A DNA stretch of 64,000 bases. Source: Vicugna vicugna (Eukaryota). Position numbers and translations under genes: made by a program. The stretch covers positions 806,001 through 870,000 of the forward strand of contig MU057521.1 of NCBI GenBank assembly GCA_013265495.1, written 5' to 3'. The notes beneath the pieces are model-generated. The model worked only from the letters and a program-made list of their open reading frames with translations. It was not told where the DNA came from and ran no database searches. Shown in pieces: positions 51,340-64,000 of the stretch; within the stretch, counting starts at the first letter, position 1; the number at the start of each line of letters is the position of its first letter.

Positions 51340-51810
51340 GATCACAATCGAGAATAACTTCGGAAGAAATACGTTGCCACCCAGATAAAATACAAAAAGA
51401 TAGAAATCTTAGGACAAAATGAAGAAACCTGAAAGCAAATCCAGAAGACCTTCCATGTGAAGAAGAGTAGGGGTCTAGACCAGAAAGAAGGAACAGAGAG
51501 GGGGAGGGTATAGCCCAGTGGTAGAGTGCATGCCTAGCACGCATGAGGTCCTGGGTTCAATCCCCAGTAACCCCATTAAATAAATAAATACATAAATCTA
51601 ATTACCTCCCCCCCATTAAAAAAAAAAAGAAGAAGAAGATGGAACAGAGAGAAGGGAGTTAATAATTAAATAAATAGTAGAGAAAAAACTTCCTGTCTGA
51701 AAAAAAAGACTTGAGTCAGCGGATTGAAAGGGTTCGCCGAGTTCCAGATAATGGAAACATGACACGGCTCCCGGTGAAATTCCTAAAGCCCAAGAGCAAA
51801 GTTAGGGAGT
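51340..51810 (+). mobile_element. Ancient L1/HAL1 ORF1-like remnant interrupted by a SINE
   Basis: The translation SQRIERVRRVP...PVKFLKPK and upstream 'gaaaaacttcctg.ctgaa..aagacttgagtc' resemble ORF1p ENFPELK..LQIERAHRVP..ILVKF. Confidence 0.65.
51501..51640 (+). mobile_element. tRNA-derived SINE (camelid vic-1-like), full length
   Basis: Head GGGGAGGGTATAGCCCAGTGGTAGAGTGCATG...GGTTCAATCCCCAG, A-rich tail, perfect 11-bp TSD ggaacagagag (51490-51500 and 51641-51651). Confidence 0.92.
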
Positions 51811-52112
51811 GCGCATCGAGGTCTCTCAAGGTCACTGTTTTTCAAGGTACCGTCCATGAACTTGCTACCTCAGAATCAGGAAGCTTCTTAAAAATTCAGA
51901 CTCCAGACTTCTGGATCACATCCTCTGGTAGGTTTGAGGAGATGCAAACAGTTCATTGTGAGGAGCCCATGGTGGAGGGTATTAAAGTATCAGGAGGGGG
52001 ATCTCTTGGGAAATTTATAAGCATCAGGTGATAGGAAGGGTCACCTTACCCAGCAGAGTCTAAACGCTCTTCCTCAGTGAAGTGTTGCAAATTCTCAGAC
52101 ATTTGTACACGT

Positions 52113-52135
52113 ACACACACACACACACACACACA
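52113..52135. repeat. (CA)n microsatellite
   Basis: Directly visible in the sequence. Confidence 0.95.
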
Positions 52136-53123
52136 AAGGCAATTGCACTAAGTAGTGTTGTTCTGTTTGGGGAAACTAGAGGGAACTGATATGAACAGCT
52201 TTATAGCCCTTTTTAATTTGTTTAAAAAAAAGTTCCAACCTTGACTTTGAACTTTGCAAAGTAAAAGAAAAACATAAAACTGAATAATCTAACGAGACCA
52301 CTTTCCTTGTTGTCACTTCCTTAACATCCTTACAAAATACAGAGCTCAGGCAGCTATGACGCAAGTCCGACCCTCAAGCTGGCAATGACACCATTACGTT
52401 TCTCTAGGAAGAGGTTTGACTGAGGAAAACTTGTACCCACGGGTATTCCCACAGCCGTCTTCTCCACTTCCAAAGATCATCTGGGTTTAGGAAATAACCA
52501 CTGCTTTAAAAAAAAAATTACATATAATTTACGTACAAGAAAATGCACTCATTTCAAAAGTACAATTTGATGAGTGTATTCACCTGTGAAACCATTATCA
52601 CAATGTAAATACAGAACATTCCATCATCCCCCCAAAGTTTCCTTGGCCCCTTTGCAGCCCATCCCTTCCTCCACCCTTAGGCTCAGGCAGTCACTGATCT
52701 GCTTTCTGTCACTATAGATTCGTTTGCATTTTCTTTATATAAATGGAATCATAAGTCTGTTGGTTCCCTACGTCTGCAGTAACAAATTCTCACAAACTGG
52801 GTTGCTTCAAACAGCAGAAATTTATTCTCTCACAGTTCTAGAGGCCAGAAGTCCAAATTAAGGTGTCAGTGAAGCCTCGTTCCCTCTGACGTTTCTAGGG
52901 GAGAACCTGTCCTTGCCTCGTCCAGCTTCTGGTGGCTCCTAGAGTCCCGTGGCCAGGGCAGCATCACTCCAATCTCTGCCTGCACCTTCACATGGCCTTC
53001 TCTCCTGTGCATCTGTGTCTCTGTGTCTTTTCTCTTATAAGGACACACTAAATCCAGGATGATGTCATCCTGAGATCCTTAACTTAATTACATCTGCGAG
53101 ACCTTCTATCCAAATCAGATCAC

Positions 53124-54260
53124 CAAAGAGAGAAAAACCCAGTCCTCCTCCTGTTTCTCCTTTCTGACACTACTCCCGCACTCACAACACTTCTCACAAC
53201 AGATGTGTAGAGGGTTTTTCTCACAAACAAGCAATTCTCTGCAACACCAGCCAGGAGTCCTGTAATTTAACTCAATTCTGACATTATCTACCCAGATCCC
53301 ACAAGTGTCAGTCCTACAAGACTGCCCGCCCTGCCCACTTCAGCTGCCAATCACAGGTCCAGACTACCACCCACACTTCTGAGCAACGGGCTATAAATCA
53401 AAGGTCCCTAAGACCCTCGCTGGTTTAAGTTAATAGAGTGGTTCACAGAACTCAGGAAAATGGTCTACTTACTACTCCTTACCAGTTTACCATAAAAGGA
53501 TATAGTAAAGAATACAGGCGGGCATCCAGATGGAAGAGATGCCCGGGGCAAGGTGTGTGGGAAGGAGTGTGGAGCTTCCCTGCCCTCTCCAGGCCCCCCA
53601 CTCTCCAGCACCTCCATGTGTTCACCAACCTGGAAGCTCTCCAAACCCAATACTTCAGGGATTTTTATGGAGGCTTCATCATGTAGGTATGATTGATCAT
53701 TCATTCCATTTCCAACCCCTCTCTCCTCTCTGGAGAATGACAGGTGGGGCTAAAAATTCCAAGCTTTGATCATGGTTTGGTCTTTCTGGTGACCATCCCC
53801 CATCCAGAAGCCATCCAGGGTCACCTCCTTAGAACAAAAGACATTTCTATCACCCAGGAAATTTCAAGGAATTTCAGAACTCTGTGTCATGAACAAAGAT
53901 CAAGTATTAGAACAAAGATGTTCCTAGGGCTCTTTAAAAACTTTTTTTTCTCTCTCTTTTTTTGTGTGTTTACAGTTAAGTGATTCAGTTATACATACAT
54001 ATATATATTCTTTTTCAGATTCTTTTCCATTATAGATTATTACAAGATACTGAATATAGTTCCCTGTGCTATACAGTAGGTCCTTGTTGTTTATCTGTTC
54101 TATATATAGTAGTGTATACCTGTTAATCCCAAACTCCTAATTTATCCCTTCCTCTTCCTCTTCCTCCACAATGCTCTTATCAGTTATAAATATACAAAGT
54201 TTTTAGGAACTGTATGCTAGGAACCAGGGCAGAGACCAATATATATTTTCTGTTATCTCA
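53124..54260 (-). mobile_element. ERVL LTR, MER21-like
   Basis: The minus strand starts 'tgagataacagaaaatatatattggtctctgccctggttcctagcatacagttcctaaaaac'; 5-bp TSD atcac/gtcac. Confidence 0.88.
53941..54165 (-). mobile_element. Younger cetartiodactyl-type L1 3' end inside MER21
   Basis: T-rich tail followed by 'gtgattcagttatacata...gaatatagttccctgtgctatacagtaggtcc'. Confidence 0.85.
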
Positions 54261-56314
54261 GTCACATTCGCAGGTCCCAGGGGCTAGGACTTGGGCATAG
54301 CTTTGCCTGGATATACCACAATCTATCTACTCACCTGGAGATGGCCACTGGGACTCTTTCAGTTTCTGACTATTTCAAATAAAACTGCTATGATCATTTG
54401 TGTATAAGCCTTTATCTGCATGTATGTTTCCATTCCTTTTTGGGTAAATGTGCTTTTCCCAAATATGTATCTAACTTTATACAAAATTGTCAAGAAGTTC
54501 CCCAGAATGATTGTACTAATTTATCTTCCCATCAGCAGGGTGTGAGAATTCTACTTGTTCCACATCCTCACCAAAACTTGGTGTTTGTAATGTCAGTCTT
54601 TCTTAATTTAAACCATTTGAGTGGGCATGTAGTGATAGCTCATTGTGATTTTTATTTGCATTTCCCTGATGACTAATGATGATGAGGATCTTTTCATGAG
54701 CTTGTTAACTATTCATACATTTTGTGAAATGTCTGTCTAAATCTTTTGCCTATTTTTAATCATGTTGTTTATCTCTAATATTGTAAACATTACTTTTTGA
54801 AAGCTTTTTTTTCTAACAAGTATGAACAAAGCTATTTTTAATTTTTCCAAACCAGGAACAGAAATTCTGTCTTGAATAGTATTGGTGAAAAACTGCCCAT
54901 CTGTGATCAGAGAGCTGGTATAAAGTGCCTGTGCTGGTACTTTTTACGTCCTTGATCCTAAACAAGCCACATACATCCTTGGACCTCCATCTCTTCCTTT
55001 ATAAAATGAGGAGTTTGCACTAACGTAATCAAGTTTTCTTTGAGTTCCAACATGTAAGTAGTTCCTTCTGATCAGTGGTTAGAATAGCCACAAAGATCCT
55101 TCAAAATATGCTATATTTGAAAGCTAAACCATTTTTTTAAATTCACTGGGGCTCCTAAAGTCTGAAAAAAATCAAATTCAAGAAAGATGAAAGAATTATC
55201 TGCATGAATGGCAGATATCAACATGTTCAGACAATCTTTGTGAAGTTATTCTCTAATGAATAGGTTCCATGTCAGCCAAAACATCAGTCCAGCATTTACA
55301 GCATCTCTTGCAGCTCTGTGATCACAGCACACAAGACTGCTACGTGCCAAGTCACACTACACACAATATCCCAAGTAACAGCAGCAGCATCTTGGAACAT
55401 GAGAACAAATGAACATACACAACACATGAGCACATACATTCACTATTTCTGTCTGCATAGAGTCTCTCCTCTGGCAATCTTTCTGAATTCTTTCAACAAT
55501 ACTGTCAATGTTGATAAAACGTTTTATTAAAATAGTCTCCTTCTGAAAGGAAAATTGTTTACCACCCAGATGAACTCATATACACCTGGGAAGTCAATCC
55601 TAACAAACATCTCTTTATGGCCAGAAGTGAACAGTTTTTTCCAAAAGTAACAGACTTGCTTAAATAGACTTGATTTCAGCTATACCCTTTGTCACAAAGG
55701 TTCGACGCTGCAAAAGATAACTCTAGAATCAGGTTGTATTTGTTGCCATGGGATAACAGCTTCATATGAGGTAACTGATCTGTGTGATGACTGGACCCAC
55801 AATTCTGATATCAGGTCAGAATTATAACACTTAAGGCTAAAGGCTGTTTAGCCAGCACTCCTTGGATTTCATTAGCACCATGCTCTAGTCATCAGAACTT
55901 GCTAACTGAAACTTCAAAGTTAGGCATTATATAATGATAGAGTGGATAACTTAAAACATGTCTTCCTTGATCAGCACATCAGGAAATCGACCTTCTTCTA
56001 CAGCAGTAGAATCAATAGCACTTCCTCCTTGTTAAATGCCCAGGCTACATTTGGGAGCACCTACTTTTGAGCTGAATTTAGCCCTTGTCTTAATTTTAGG
56101 TTTGAGGGGCAAGTGCCAGGAAGAAGCAACACCATGTGCGGCTATAAAAATGTAGCATCAACTTCAGAGCCTTTAGACTAAAAATGCTAGAAGTCCATAC
56201 AAATACGTTTCTCCAAGAAAATCTGAGTAACCATGTCTTCTCTGGGCTTGCTTTACTACTCAATTTATGTCTAGAAGGATTGTTTTCTTTATCGCTGTCT
56301 TTATCACCACAATC

Positions 56315-56520
56315 CTCATTTTTCCCCCCAACATTATACCATGAAGAATTTCAAATCCATAGTAAAACTGAAAGAATTCTGTGAATATGTACTATTGTAC
56401 TATTAATATTTTATTCTATTTGCTTTATCCCATATCTGTCCATCTAACCATTCCTCTCTACACTCTTCTTACATTTTTATATATTTCAAAGTAAACTGCA
56501 GACATAAGTCCACATCCTCA
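56315..56520 (-). mobile_element. Old L1M 3' end fragment
   Basis: 'aatttcaaa.ccatagtaaaactgaaagaat...tttcaaagtaaactgcagacat'. Confidence 0.6.
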
Positions 56521-58399
56521 TTTTTAAGTCTTCTTTTTCTCTACCAAGTTTTGTTCAGTTTTCACTGAAGTGGTTTTTCCCCCTCTCTATGAATAATTTT
56601 TAAAATAATTTTACACAGAATTTCAGAGTAGAAAGTTCTGTCTAAACCAAACCAGATGTCCCAGTTCTAAGTATGTGTTTCTTACTCCACATTGTCTCCT
56701 CTTTTTTCTCTCATTCAAGTGAATTAGCACCCCCCCCAACATTGACACTTGATTACTTATATCTTCCAAAAACTAGAAAGCTGAATAACCTTCCAAAGGG
56801 GAAAAAAAGTTCCCCATCTGTCCTTGGCATTCAAAATCTATTTATATATCTAAGAACATCCCTGGTCAAACAACAGCATTCCGTTTCTCACTTTATTGTT
56901 TTTCCCACTTTTGGATACTCTCCATACCACTTCATTGCCAGCATCAATTTTGACACAGAATTAGAGTGTTAGAAAGGCTTCTAAAGGCTAGTTAAGCATT
57001 CTATTTAAATGTGGTAGACTGAAAAAATGTGTCTCTGTCTCCTCCTGAAACACCATCAATATATAAGTAAAGGTATAAAAAAAAAGATATAAAGTCAGAA
57101 GGACAAAAAAGGAGCAGGGATGAAAGCCGACAATAGATGTCACCGAGTTTGGGAGGATTAAAAAAGAACAGAGGGATGAAACTCATTTAGGCAAACAGAG
57201 AAAGCATAAATCCACCTGCCCTCACAGAGGCAATGATGAGAAACAAGATAGTTTGCTCTGCAAAACTCAGGAAAGAGCAGGGCTTGGCTGTACAGGGCAT
57301 CAGAGAAAGCTGAGGAGTGGCTTGGGGCTAAAGACCCAGGGGTCAGTGGAAACATCCACCCCATCCCCTTGCCACCAGAGAGTATAGATTTATTCGCTGA
57401 AGAAAGTGAATCAGAGCATCATCTGTGTGGTGGGGAACACCAGAGGGACATACTCACCACTGTGGGGTACAAGGGTAAATGGCCACTACTCAGATGAGCA
57501 TACAATGCTCTATAAAAGATCAACTGGTATCTGGCAAGAATTTTCAAAAACCCACTCTAAGATAATGAAGTGATTAAAATATCAAGAGATAGTTTTGTAA
57601 ATATGGATTAAAAAGCAGTTTTTCCCATTCCCATTCTTGGATGGAGTTTTTGCCCATAACTCTCTGGAGATGTGTCTTATTTACATCTGTGCCGAAGACC
57701 ACCAAGCTTAACAAAGGCAATAAAGTTGGAAAAAGACATGGTCTGCTCTAAATTGAGTCTACTCTTTTATTTAGTCACGACTCTGGATTAACTTTTTAAA
57801 ACAAAAAAGTAATACCAGCCTAGCGGATGTCCATCTCAAGTGGCCCATTGTCTCCCCCACTTTGCTTTGTTCTGCACGTGGTTTTAGTTTGCCTGGTGAA
57901 GCTTACACTAAAAGGTGTGAAAATAGCAACGATGTCCTATTGGGAGAAACAAAGGAAAGAAAGAAAAGCAATGCTAAACGGATGTAGAAGGAAATGACTT
58001 TTCTTTTCTGCTTCAAATTGGGAAAAAAAAAAAAATGTGCTCAGACTTGAAATAGTGCTTCCATTTCCAGCCCTGGTGGCTTATTTAACTTGGGTGGATT
58101 AATTTATCGGGAGTAGTATCCTGGTTTATCATCCATGGAGAGGTAATTTTAAAAATCTTTGACCTTGTCAGTTTGGGGGTCACTTCAAGTTGGAGGTGTT
58201 ATATCTGGTATGTCACCTCCAATTTTCAGGAGTCTTTCTTGCCTCGAGATGTTGCCCTTGCAGATTCTCAGTACTGATTCTCCTCCAGCTGCAATTCTTC
58301 CATCTCTTTGAATCTTTCATCCATTTCCCCACTTATGAAATACATCCTATTTTTCAATAAGGGGATTTACCTTTTTAGATAATAACATAGAGAGAAGAG

Positions 58400-58600
58400 G
58401 AAAGGAACTAATATTTATCACACTTAACTGTGCATTCAACAATGCCCTAGGCACTTCATATAGCATCTCAGCTGACACTTATAACAATCAAATATGCAAT
58501 ATTATTATTCCCTCTTCCAATCTGCTAGGCTAACACACCTAAAGATACACAGAACAGGGATTTAAGCCCAGATTCAATTTCAAAGACTTTTCAGCAGAAA
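58400..58600 (-). mobile_element. Diverged MIR
   Basis: 'aatatttatcacactta...ctaggcacttca...gggatttaagcccaga'. Confidence 0.55.
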
Positions 58601-58863
58601 AGATTAAAAAAACAAAAACAAAAAACAAAATAAAACACCAGTACCACATTTGACATATGAATATTTCTAAATATAAAATCCTTGGGAATATATATCTGTG
58701 TACTGAAAATATTTTATACTCACAAGGTATTTTCCCTTTGTAGATGATTTTTCTATCAAGCTCCCAAGAACTGCCTAGAGCTATGAGCACTAAAATACCT
58801 CCTTAGGAATTTAAATTTTAATTTTCTCTTGTCCCTTCAGACTTGGAATACCCCCTTTCAGGG

Positions 58864-59180
58864 TCTACCATGGACTGCACTGTGTCCTCCCCAAATTCAT
58901 AAGTCAAAGCACTAACCACCAATGTGATGATATTTGGAGACAGGACCTTTGGGAGATAATTTAGATGAAGTCTTGAAGGTGGGGCCCTCATGATGGTTTT
59001 AGTGCCCTTATAGAAAAAGGTGCTCTCTCATTCTGCCATGTGGGGACACAGTGAGAAGGTGGCCATCTGCAAGCCAGGAAGAGAGTCCCCCTGGACCATG
59101 CCAGCAGCCTGACCTACGACGTCCTATCTCCAGAAGGGTGTCAAAATAAATTTTGTTATTTAAGCCACCCAGTTTACAGG
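58864..59180 (+). mobile_element. MaLR LTR (MLT1A/B-like)
   Basis: 'ccccaaattcat...aatgtgatgatatttggaga...gagaaggtggccatctgcaagccaggaagagag...ttaagccacccagt'. Confidence 0.85.
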
Positions 59181-59529
59181 GTCCTTCTGAATTTAAGCCA
59201 GTGCTTTTTAGACATTATTTTACTTGCTTAAATCCCTCAACACATGGATTCTTAATGAGTAGCCCAGGATCCTCTTGGTGGACCAGGGCTGGACCAAAAA
59301 TACAAAGACTCTTTTTGTCAAATATTTTATGAGCAGTTAAGAGCTACTCACTAGTAAACTGCTGAGTAAAGGATTACTGAGATTTGATATTCATGAATTA
59401 AAATGACCACTTTAGAGTTCACTAGACCTATGGAGTAATACCAATAGACTCCAGACAGCAAAACTTTCAGGATGTGTATGTTTACACAGATACATAGAAT
59501 CCAAGACATATTTTCAGAAGACACTTAGT

Positions 59530-61070
59530 TGGTTACAGCTTATATAATTCTAGCACAGTATCAAAACCAGGAAATTCACATGGTTGCAATGTGTGTGCCC
59601 AGTTCTAAGACACTTTATCACATGTGTCAATTTCTGTAACAACCACCATGGTCAATATCCAGAACAATCCATCAGTATAAAGATCTCCCTCACGTTTTTC
59701 CTTTAGAACCACATCTACTCCCTCCTCCATCACCCCTTACCCTTAATAACCTCTAATTTGTTCTCAGTCTCTATAATTTTGTCATTTAAGAATGTTGTAT
59801 AAATGGAATCATACAGTATGTGACTTTTCGAGGTGGAATTTTTAAACTCAGCATAATGCACTGAAGATCCATTCAAGTTATTGAACATTTGTTTCCTATT
59901 GTACTGTCACAAATCGCCACAAACTTCTGTGGTTTAAAGCAATACAAACTTATTACAGAATGGAAACTATTTCCCAGAGTAGCTGTACTGTTTTACATTC
60001 CCACTAACAATGTATAATAGATCCAGTTGCTCTGCATCTTTGCCAGCATTTGGTATTTTCACTGTTTTTAATTTTAACTCTTCTAATAGGTATGTAGTGA
60101 TATGACTAAATTTGCATTTCCCTAATGGCTAGGGAGATGGAACATGTTTTCATATGCTTACTTGCCATATGTGTATCTTCTTAGGTGAACCTCCTTTTCA
60201 TGTCTTTTGCCTATTTTCTAGTTGGACACTTTTTTTACTATTGAATTTTGAAAATTCTTTATGTATTTTAGACATGAATCCTTTGTCAGATAAGTGGCTT
60301 GCAAATATTTTCCCCTGGTCTGTAACCAGTCTTTTCATCCTGTTAACAATATCTCTCCCAGAGCAAAGTTTTTAATTTTGATGAAGTCTAACTTGTCAAA
60401 AAATTTGGAGTTATGTCTGGGAGCTTTTCATAAAGTTCTAGGTCCTGAAGATTTTCTCCATGTTTTCTTTTGAGATTTTTCTAATTTTATGCGTTATATT
60501 TAAATCTATAACCCATTTTGAGTTAATTTTTGTATAAGGCGTGATTTTTTTTTGTCATGGATATTCAGTTCTCCAGCAACATTTGTTAAAAATGTTCCCC
60601 CATTGACTTTTTTTCTGCATCTTTATCAAAAATCAGTTGATCATATATACCTGTCTATTTCTGGGGTATCTATTCTGTTCCATTCATCTATCCGTTTATT
60701 CCCTCACCAGCACCATGCAGTCTTGATTACTGTAGCTATGTTAAAAACACCTGAAATCGGGTAGTGATTCCTCCAACTTTATTCTTTGTTTTCAAAATTG
60801 TTTAGATATTCTAGTTCCTTTGCCTTTCCTTTTATATTTTAAAGTAATCTCGTCTATATATACCTACAAAAGATCTTGCTGGATTTTTGACAAGAAAAAT
60901 GTTAAAACTGTATGTAAATTTGGGAAGAATTGACATCTTTAGTTACATTGAATTTTTCAACTGAGACCAAAACGTAGCTATGTCTCTTTCATTGGTGTTT
61001 TGTAGTTTTCAGCATACAAGTCCTCTACCATTTTGTTAGATCTACACCTAAATATTTCATTTATTCTTGC
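59530..61070 (-). mobile_element. L1 (L1MB-like) fragment with internal deletions and a ~70-bp MLT1 remnant at 59885-59957
   Basis: L1 3' UTR and ORF2 antisense motifs such as 'tttaattttgatgaagtctaa', 'gtcttgattactgtagct' and 'gaagaattgacatctt'. Confidence 0.9.
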
Positions 61071-63489
61071 TTTTTAATAATAAATTATTGTTAGTACAAT
61101 TTTATCATCATTACTTTAGTTGTGGTTTACTTAGCTACCCCTTAAGCAAAAATCATAGACTGGATTCCCTCAGAGAAAATTCAGCCTGTGGATATTTTTA
61201 ATGGGGAGAGATTTCCTGTTTTAAAAAATCCACATTTCTATCTTCTCTGGAGAAGTGGGGAAATCTGGTAACACTGGGTCTCACATTCCTACTCAACGGC
61301 AATTAGCTGAAGCTGAATAGCGTTATTCCTTACAAGAAGCATCTTTGCTAGTTAGTTAACACCACCTCCACCACACCCGGTGAATGTCTGTGCACACATG
61401 CCTGGCTTCATTTCCTCATTTGTTCCTGCACTGGCCCTGGGAAGCGACTAGGTTTCCACTTCTGCCTTAAACTGAGTGGTGATTCATATTGGCATTAACA
61501 ACATTTTTGATTTATTAATTACACTTTTCGAGGTCACTCATAGGGCAGAGAATTCATGTTAATCATCCACAGTCTTAAGGATTTACTAAGCTACTGCGTA
61601 TATATTTATTCCCTCTCGCCCCAAAATCTTCTTGTTCCATGACACTTCTTCATCACCGTTTCTCCCAGCAGGGAGATCAGAGTAAATGTGGTCTCAGAAT
61701 AAATAAAGGACTAGAGTGGAGACAGAGGAACCAGCCCAAAGAGTCTTCTATACAAGCCTCTTCTCCATGGGCTGACATTTTGTGAGAGAGACTCAGTGGG
61801 CAGAGGTAAACCTCTGGTAAACAAACAAAGGCCGTTTTTCTCAGAGTGCATCTTCAGCTCTGAACTTGTACTTGTGAAGGCACTTTCCCCAGAATACATC
61901 CTGAAATAATGGAGGTTACACTTCAAAGCTCCACCAACAAGAGGCTCAATTTTACTCCAACAAGTGAGGAAAGTAGGTTCTCTTGGGTGGACCGAGTTCA
62001 CTCTGCTTATCTCTATTGCTCATTTAAGTAGATGACAGGGTTAACCTAGTCCCCATTTAACCTCTCAGCGCCATCCAAACATGGCCAGGGAGGAGCGTTC
62101 AGTTTTAATATCCCACTTCTCCTAATCCATTATCCATGATAATCCATTGTGTCCCCTGGGTACTTAATCATCAAAGCAACCATAAACCTCTTTTTGAAGA
62201 TCAAATGGTTCTTTAATCCATTTACTTACAGTATCCTAAGTTACAGAAAATTAATCAGTAGTGTAAGTGGGCCACTATTCTGAGTTTCTTATGGAGCCTG
62301 TTAACAAGGTAACAAATCGGTAATGGCTTTTGTGCCATGTGGGTCAGAATGTGGAACAAATCACCTTGGTTGGTTGCTTTTCGCTGTGCTCTTCATTCTG
62401 ACTTGGTCCGTACTGCTGACTTGGCCTGCCTGCCTTCCCAGAATCCCATCGGTGAATTAACAGAACTCAGCCAGACTGAGAGCGAATTGGACTTTAAACT
62501 TTCCAGCGAGGGTGCCATTAATTCTCATCTTCCCTTCTGTACCAGGTTAGCTGAAACCATTTAGGGAAATCACCCTAGGTCTTTGAACTCTCAAAGAAGT
62601 AAGAAAGCAGTAATTTTCATTAAGCAAAAGCACTACATTCTAGGCTAAGTTTCCAGTTCCCTTTTGTCCTTTTTCATGTCCTCTTCCCTCAGTACTGAGG
62701 GACTGTATCAGATTACCCCAAAATGGCCATTGTGACCACTGGGAAGCCTCTTCGCCTCAAGAATACCCCGAGGTCATTACTATGACTCCCTCTACACAAT
62801 CATTTCTGAACCACTCAATACAAGAAATTGAGATTTCATATTAACCAGAAATGTTATACTGGTATTATCCTTTATAAGGATTTTCCTTTGCCTGAGGAGC
62901 TGGATTAACTTGAACATAGAAAAACTCCTGACTCTGATCACGAGAAGAGGCTTTTTAATTATTCATTATGCTGTAACTAAGTGTTCTTTGGTTAAGGGGG
63001 AAAAAAAATGCCTTCTTCTCAATAAAAACCCATTCACAAGATGGATGATAACCTCTGTATTTTCTATGTCCTTTTGGAATGTCTACTCAACATAACATCT
63101 CTTCATGTGAATTATATATATATATGTACATTTTGATGGTTGAAATGTCAGTCAGGAGGCTGGGAGAAAGACAAGGAATAATAAAATAAACCCAAGGACT
63201 CAAGAAGGAATAGGAACAAGAGTTAAGCAGCCCAAAGGGAACAATGCTGCAGAGTCAGCAACTGGGGGTGGTGAAGGGGCTCAACCAGATGAACTGGTTT
63301 CTGTGGATTGGAACCCAGTTGGTTATCATTTAGCCCTTCTTCTGCCTGCCAGGGATGGGCTCAGTCCAGCTCAGGATGCAAACAGGACACAGAGAAAGAA
63401 GAATTGCTGCTTCTGACCATTCTTGGAGCTCAGTGAAGAACCAGGAGGAATCAGATGCCCAGAGAAGGACATAAAATAGGATGCAGCAC

Positions 63490-63832
63490 TGTTATGAATT
63501 GAATGCTTGTGCTCCTCCAAAATTCACATGTTGAAATCCTTTCCCCCAGTGTGGTGGTATTAGGAAGTGGGACCTTTGGGGAGTGATTAGGTCATAAGGG
63601 TGACATTCTCGTGAATGAGATTAGTGCCCTTATAAAAGAGACCCAGAGAGCTCTTTCCACCACGTGAGGACACAGTGAGAAGCTGTGAACCAGGAAATGG
63701 GTCCTGCCAGTCACTGCATGTGCCGACACCTTGATCTTGGATTTTCCAGCCTCCAGGACTGCAGGAAACGCATGTTGTTGTAGCCAGTCAGTTTACAGTA
63801 TTTCTGTTAAAGCAGCCAAACAGACTGAGCCA
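63490..63832 (+). mobile_element. MaLR LTR (MLT1A0-like)
   Basis: 'tgttatgaattgaatgcttgtg.tcctccaaaattcacatgttgaaatcc...attagtgcccttataaaagagacc...gcagccaaacagactgag'. Confidence 0.92.
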
Positions 63833-64000
63833 ACTGGGCCTGAGGATGTGGATGAAGCATGCAGCCTTTGCGAACGCCTGTGTCGGAGTCCTCCTCCCTG
63901 AAGCTGGCTGTGGCCCAGTCTTGCAGACCTGGGCTTGCCTCCTGATAGCTGCATTGTGCAGGGTGGGGGTCTTTACGCTGAATAAGTGATTCTGTTGCAC

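Larger units (their letters stand above)
52755..54310 (-). mobile_element. MaLR LTR (MLT1C-like), split by MER21
   Basis: 'cagaaatttattctctcacagttctagaggccagaagtcc...ccaaatcagatcac' resumes as 'gtcacattcgcagg...gggctaggactt'. Confidence 0.88.
52505..54790 (-). mobile_element. L1M 3' region (about 52505-52754 and 54310-54790) hosting nested insertions
   Basis: L1 3' UTR 'tacaatttgatgagt...acagaacattccatcatccc...tataaatggaatcata' and, after the nest, 'tttgcatttccctgatgactaatgatg'. Confidence 0.85.

Noticed and set aside
61900..62330. Possible ancient ERV internal remnant
   Set aside because: The resemblance is only vague and I could not translate a convincing gag or pol motif.
1..64000. Six-frame ORFs of 60-149 aa as protein-coding genes
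   Set aside because: They are short, many start at TTG or GTG, many overlap repeats, and none has a recognisable domain except the L1 remnants. This is expected noise in mammalian non-coding DNA.

Overview
Mammalian non-coding DNA, intergenic or deep intronic. It is probably from a camelid: two tRNA-derived SINEs resemble the camelid vic-1 type, there is a cetartiodactyl-type L1 3' end, and I saw no Alu, B1, Bov-A/BovB or PRE-1. I cannot support any intact protein-coding gene, true RNA gene or CRISPR array. The listed ORFs look like chance frames or repeat remnants; only L1 ORF2 (10.4-10.8 kb) and an ORF1-like remnant (51.7 kb) are recognisable. Much of the window is decayed transposable elements: ERV1 solo LTRs, MaLR MLT1 LTRs, ERVL LTRs, L1, L2, MIR and hAT MITEs. 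The most notable observations are: (1) a ~470-bp non-repeat sequence that appears retroposed, with a direct repeat and a decayed poly(A) tail, inside an LTR at 15.3-15.8 kb; (2) nine related MER34/MER39-like LTRs confined to 2.4-34.7 kb; (3) a templated fold-back micro-insertion at 16.2 kb; (4) a four-level nested TE stack at 52.5-54.8 kb; (5) a few unverified exon-like segments. I found no convincing new biological system. Repeat family names come from recalled consensus motifs, not a database search, and boundaries without a stated TSD are approximate.
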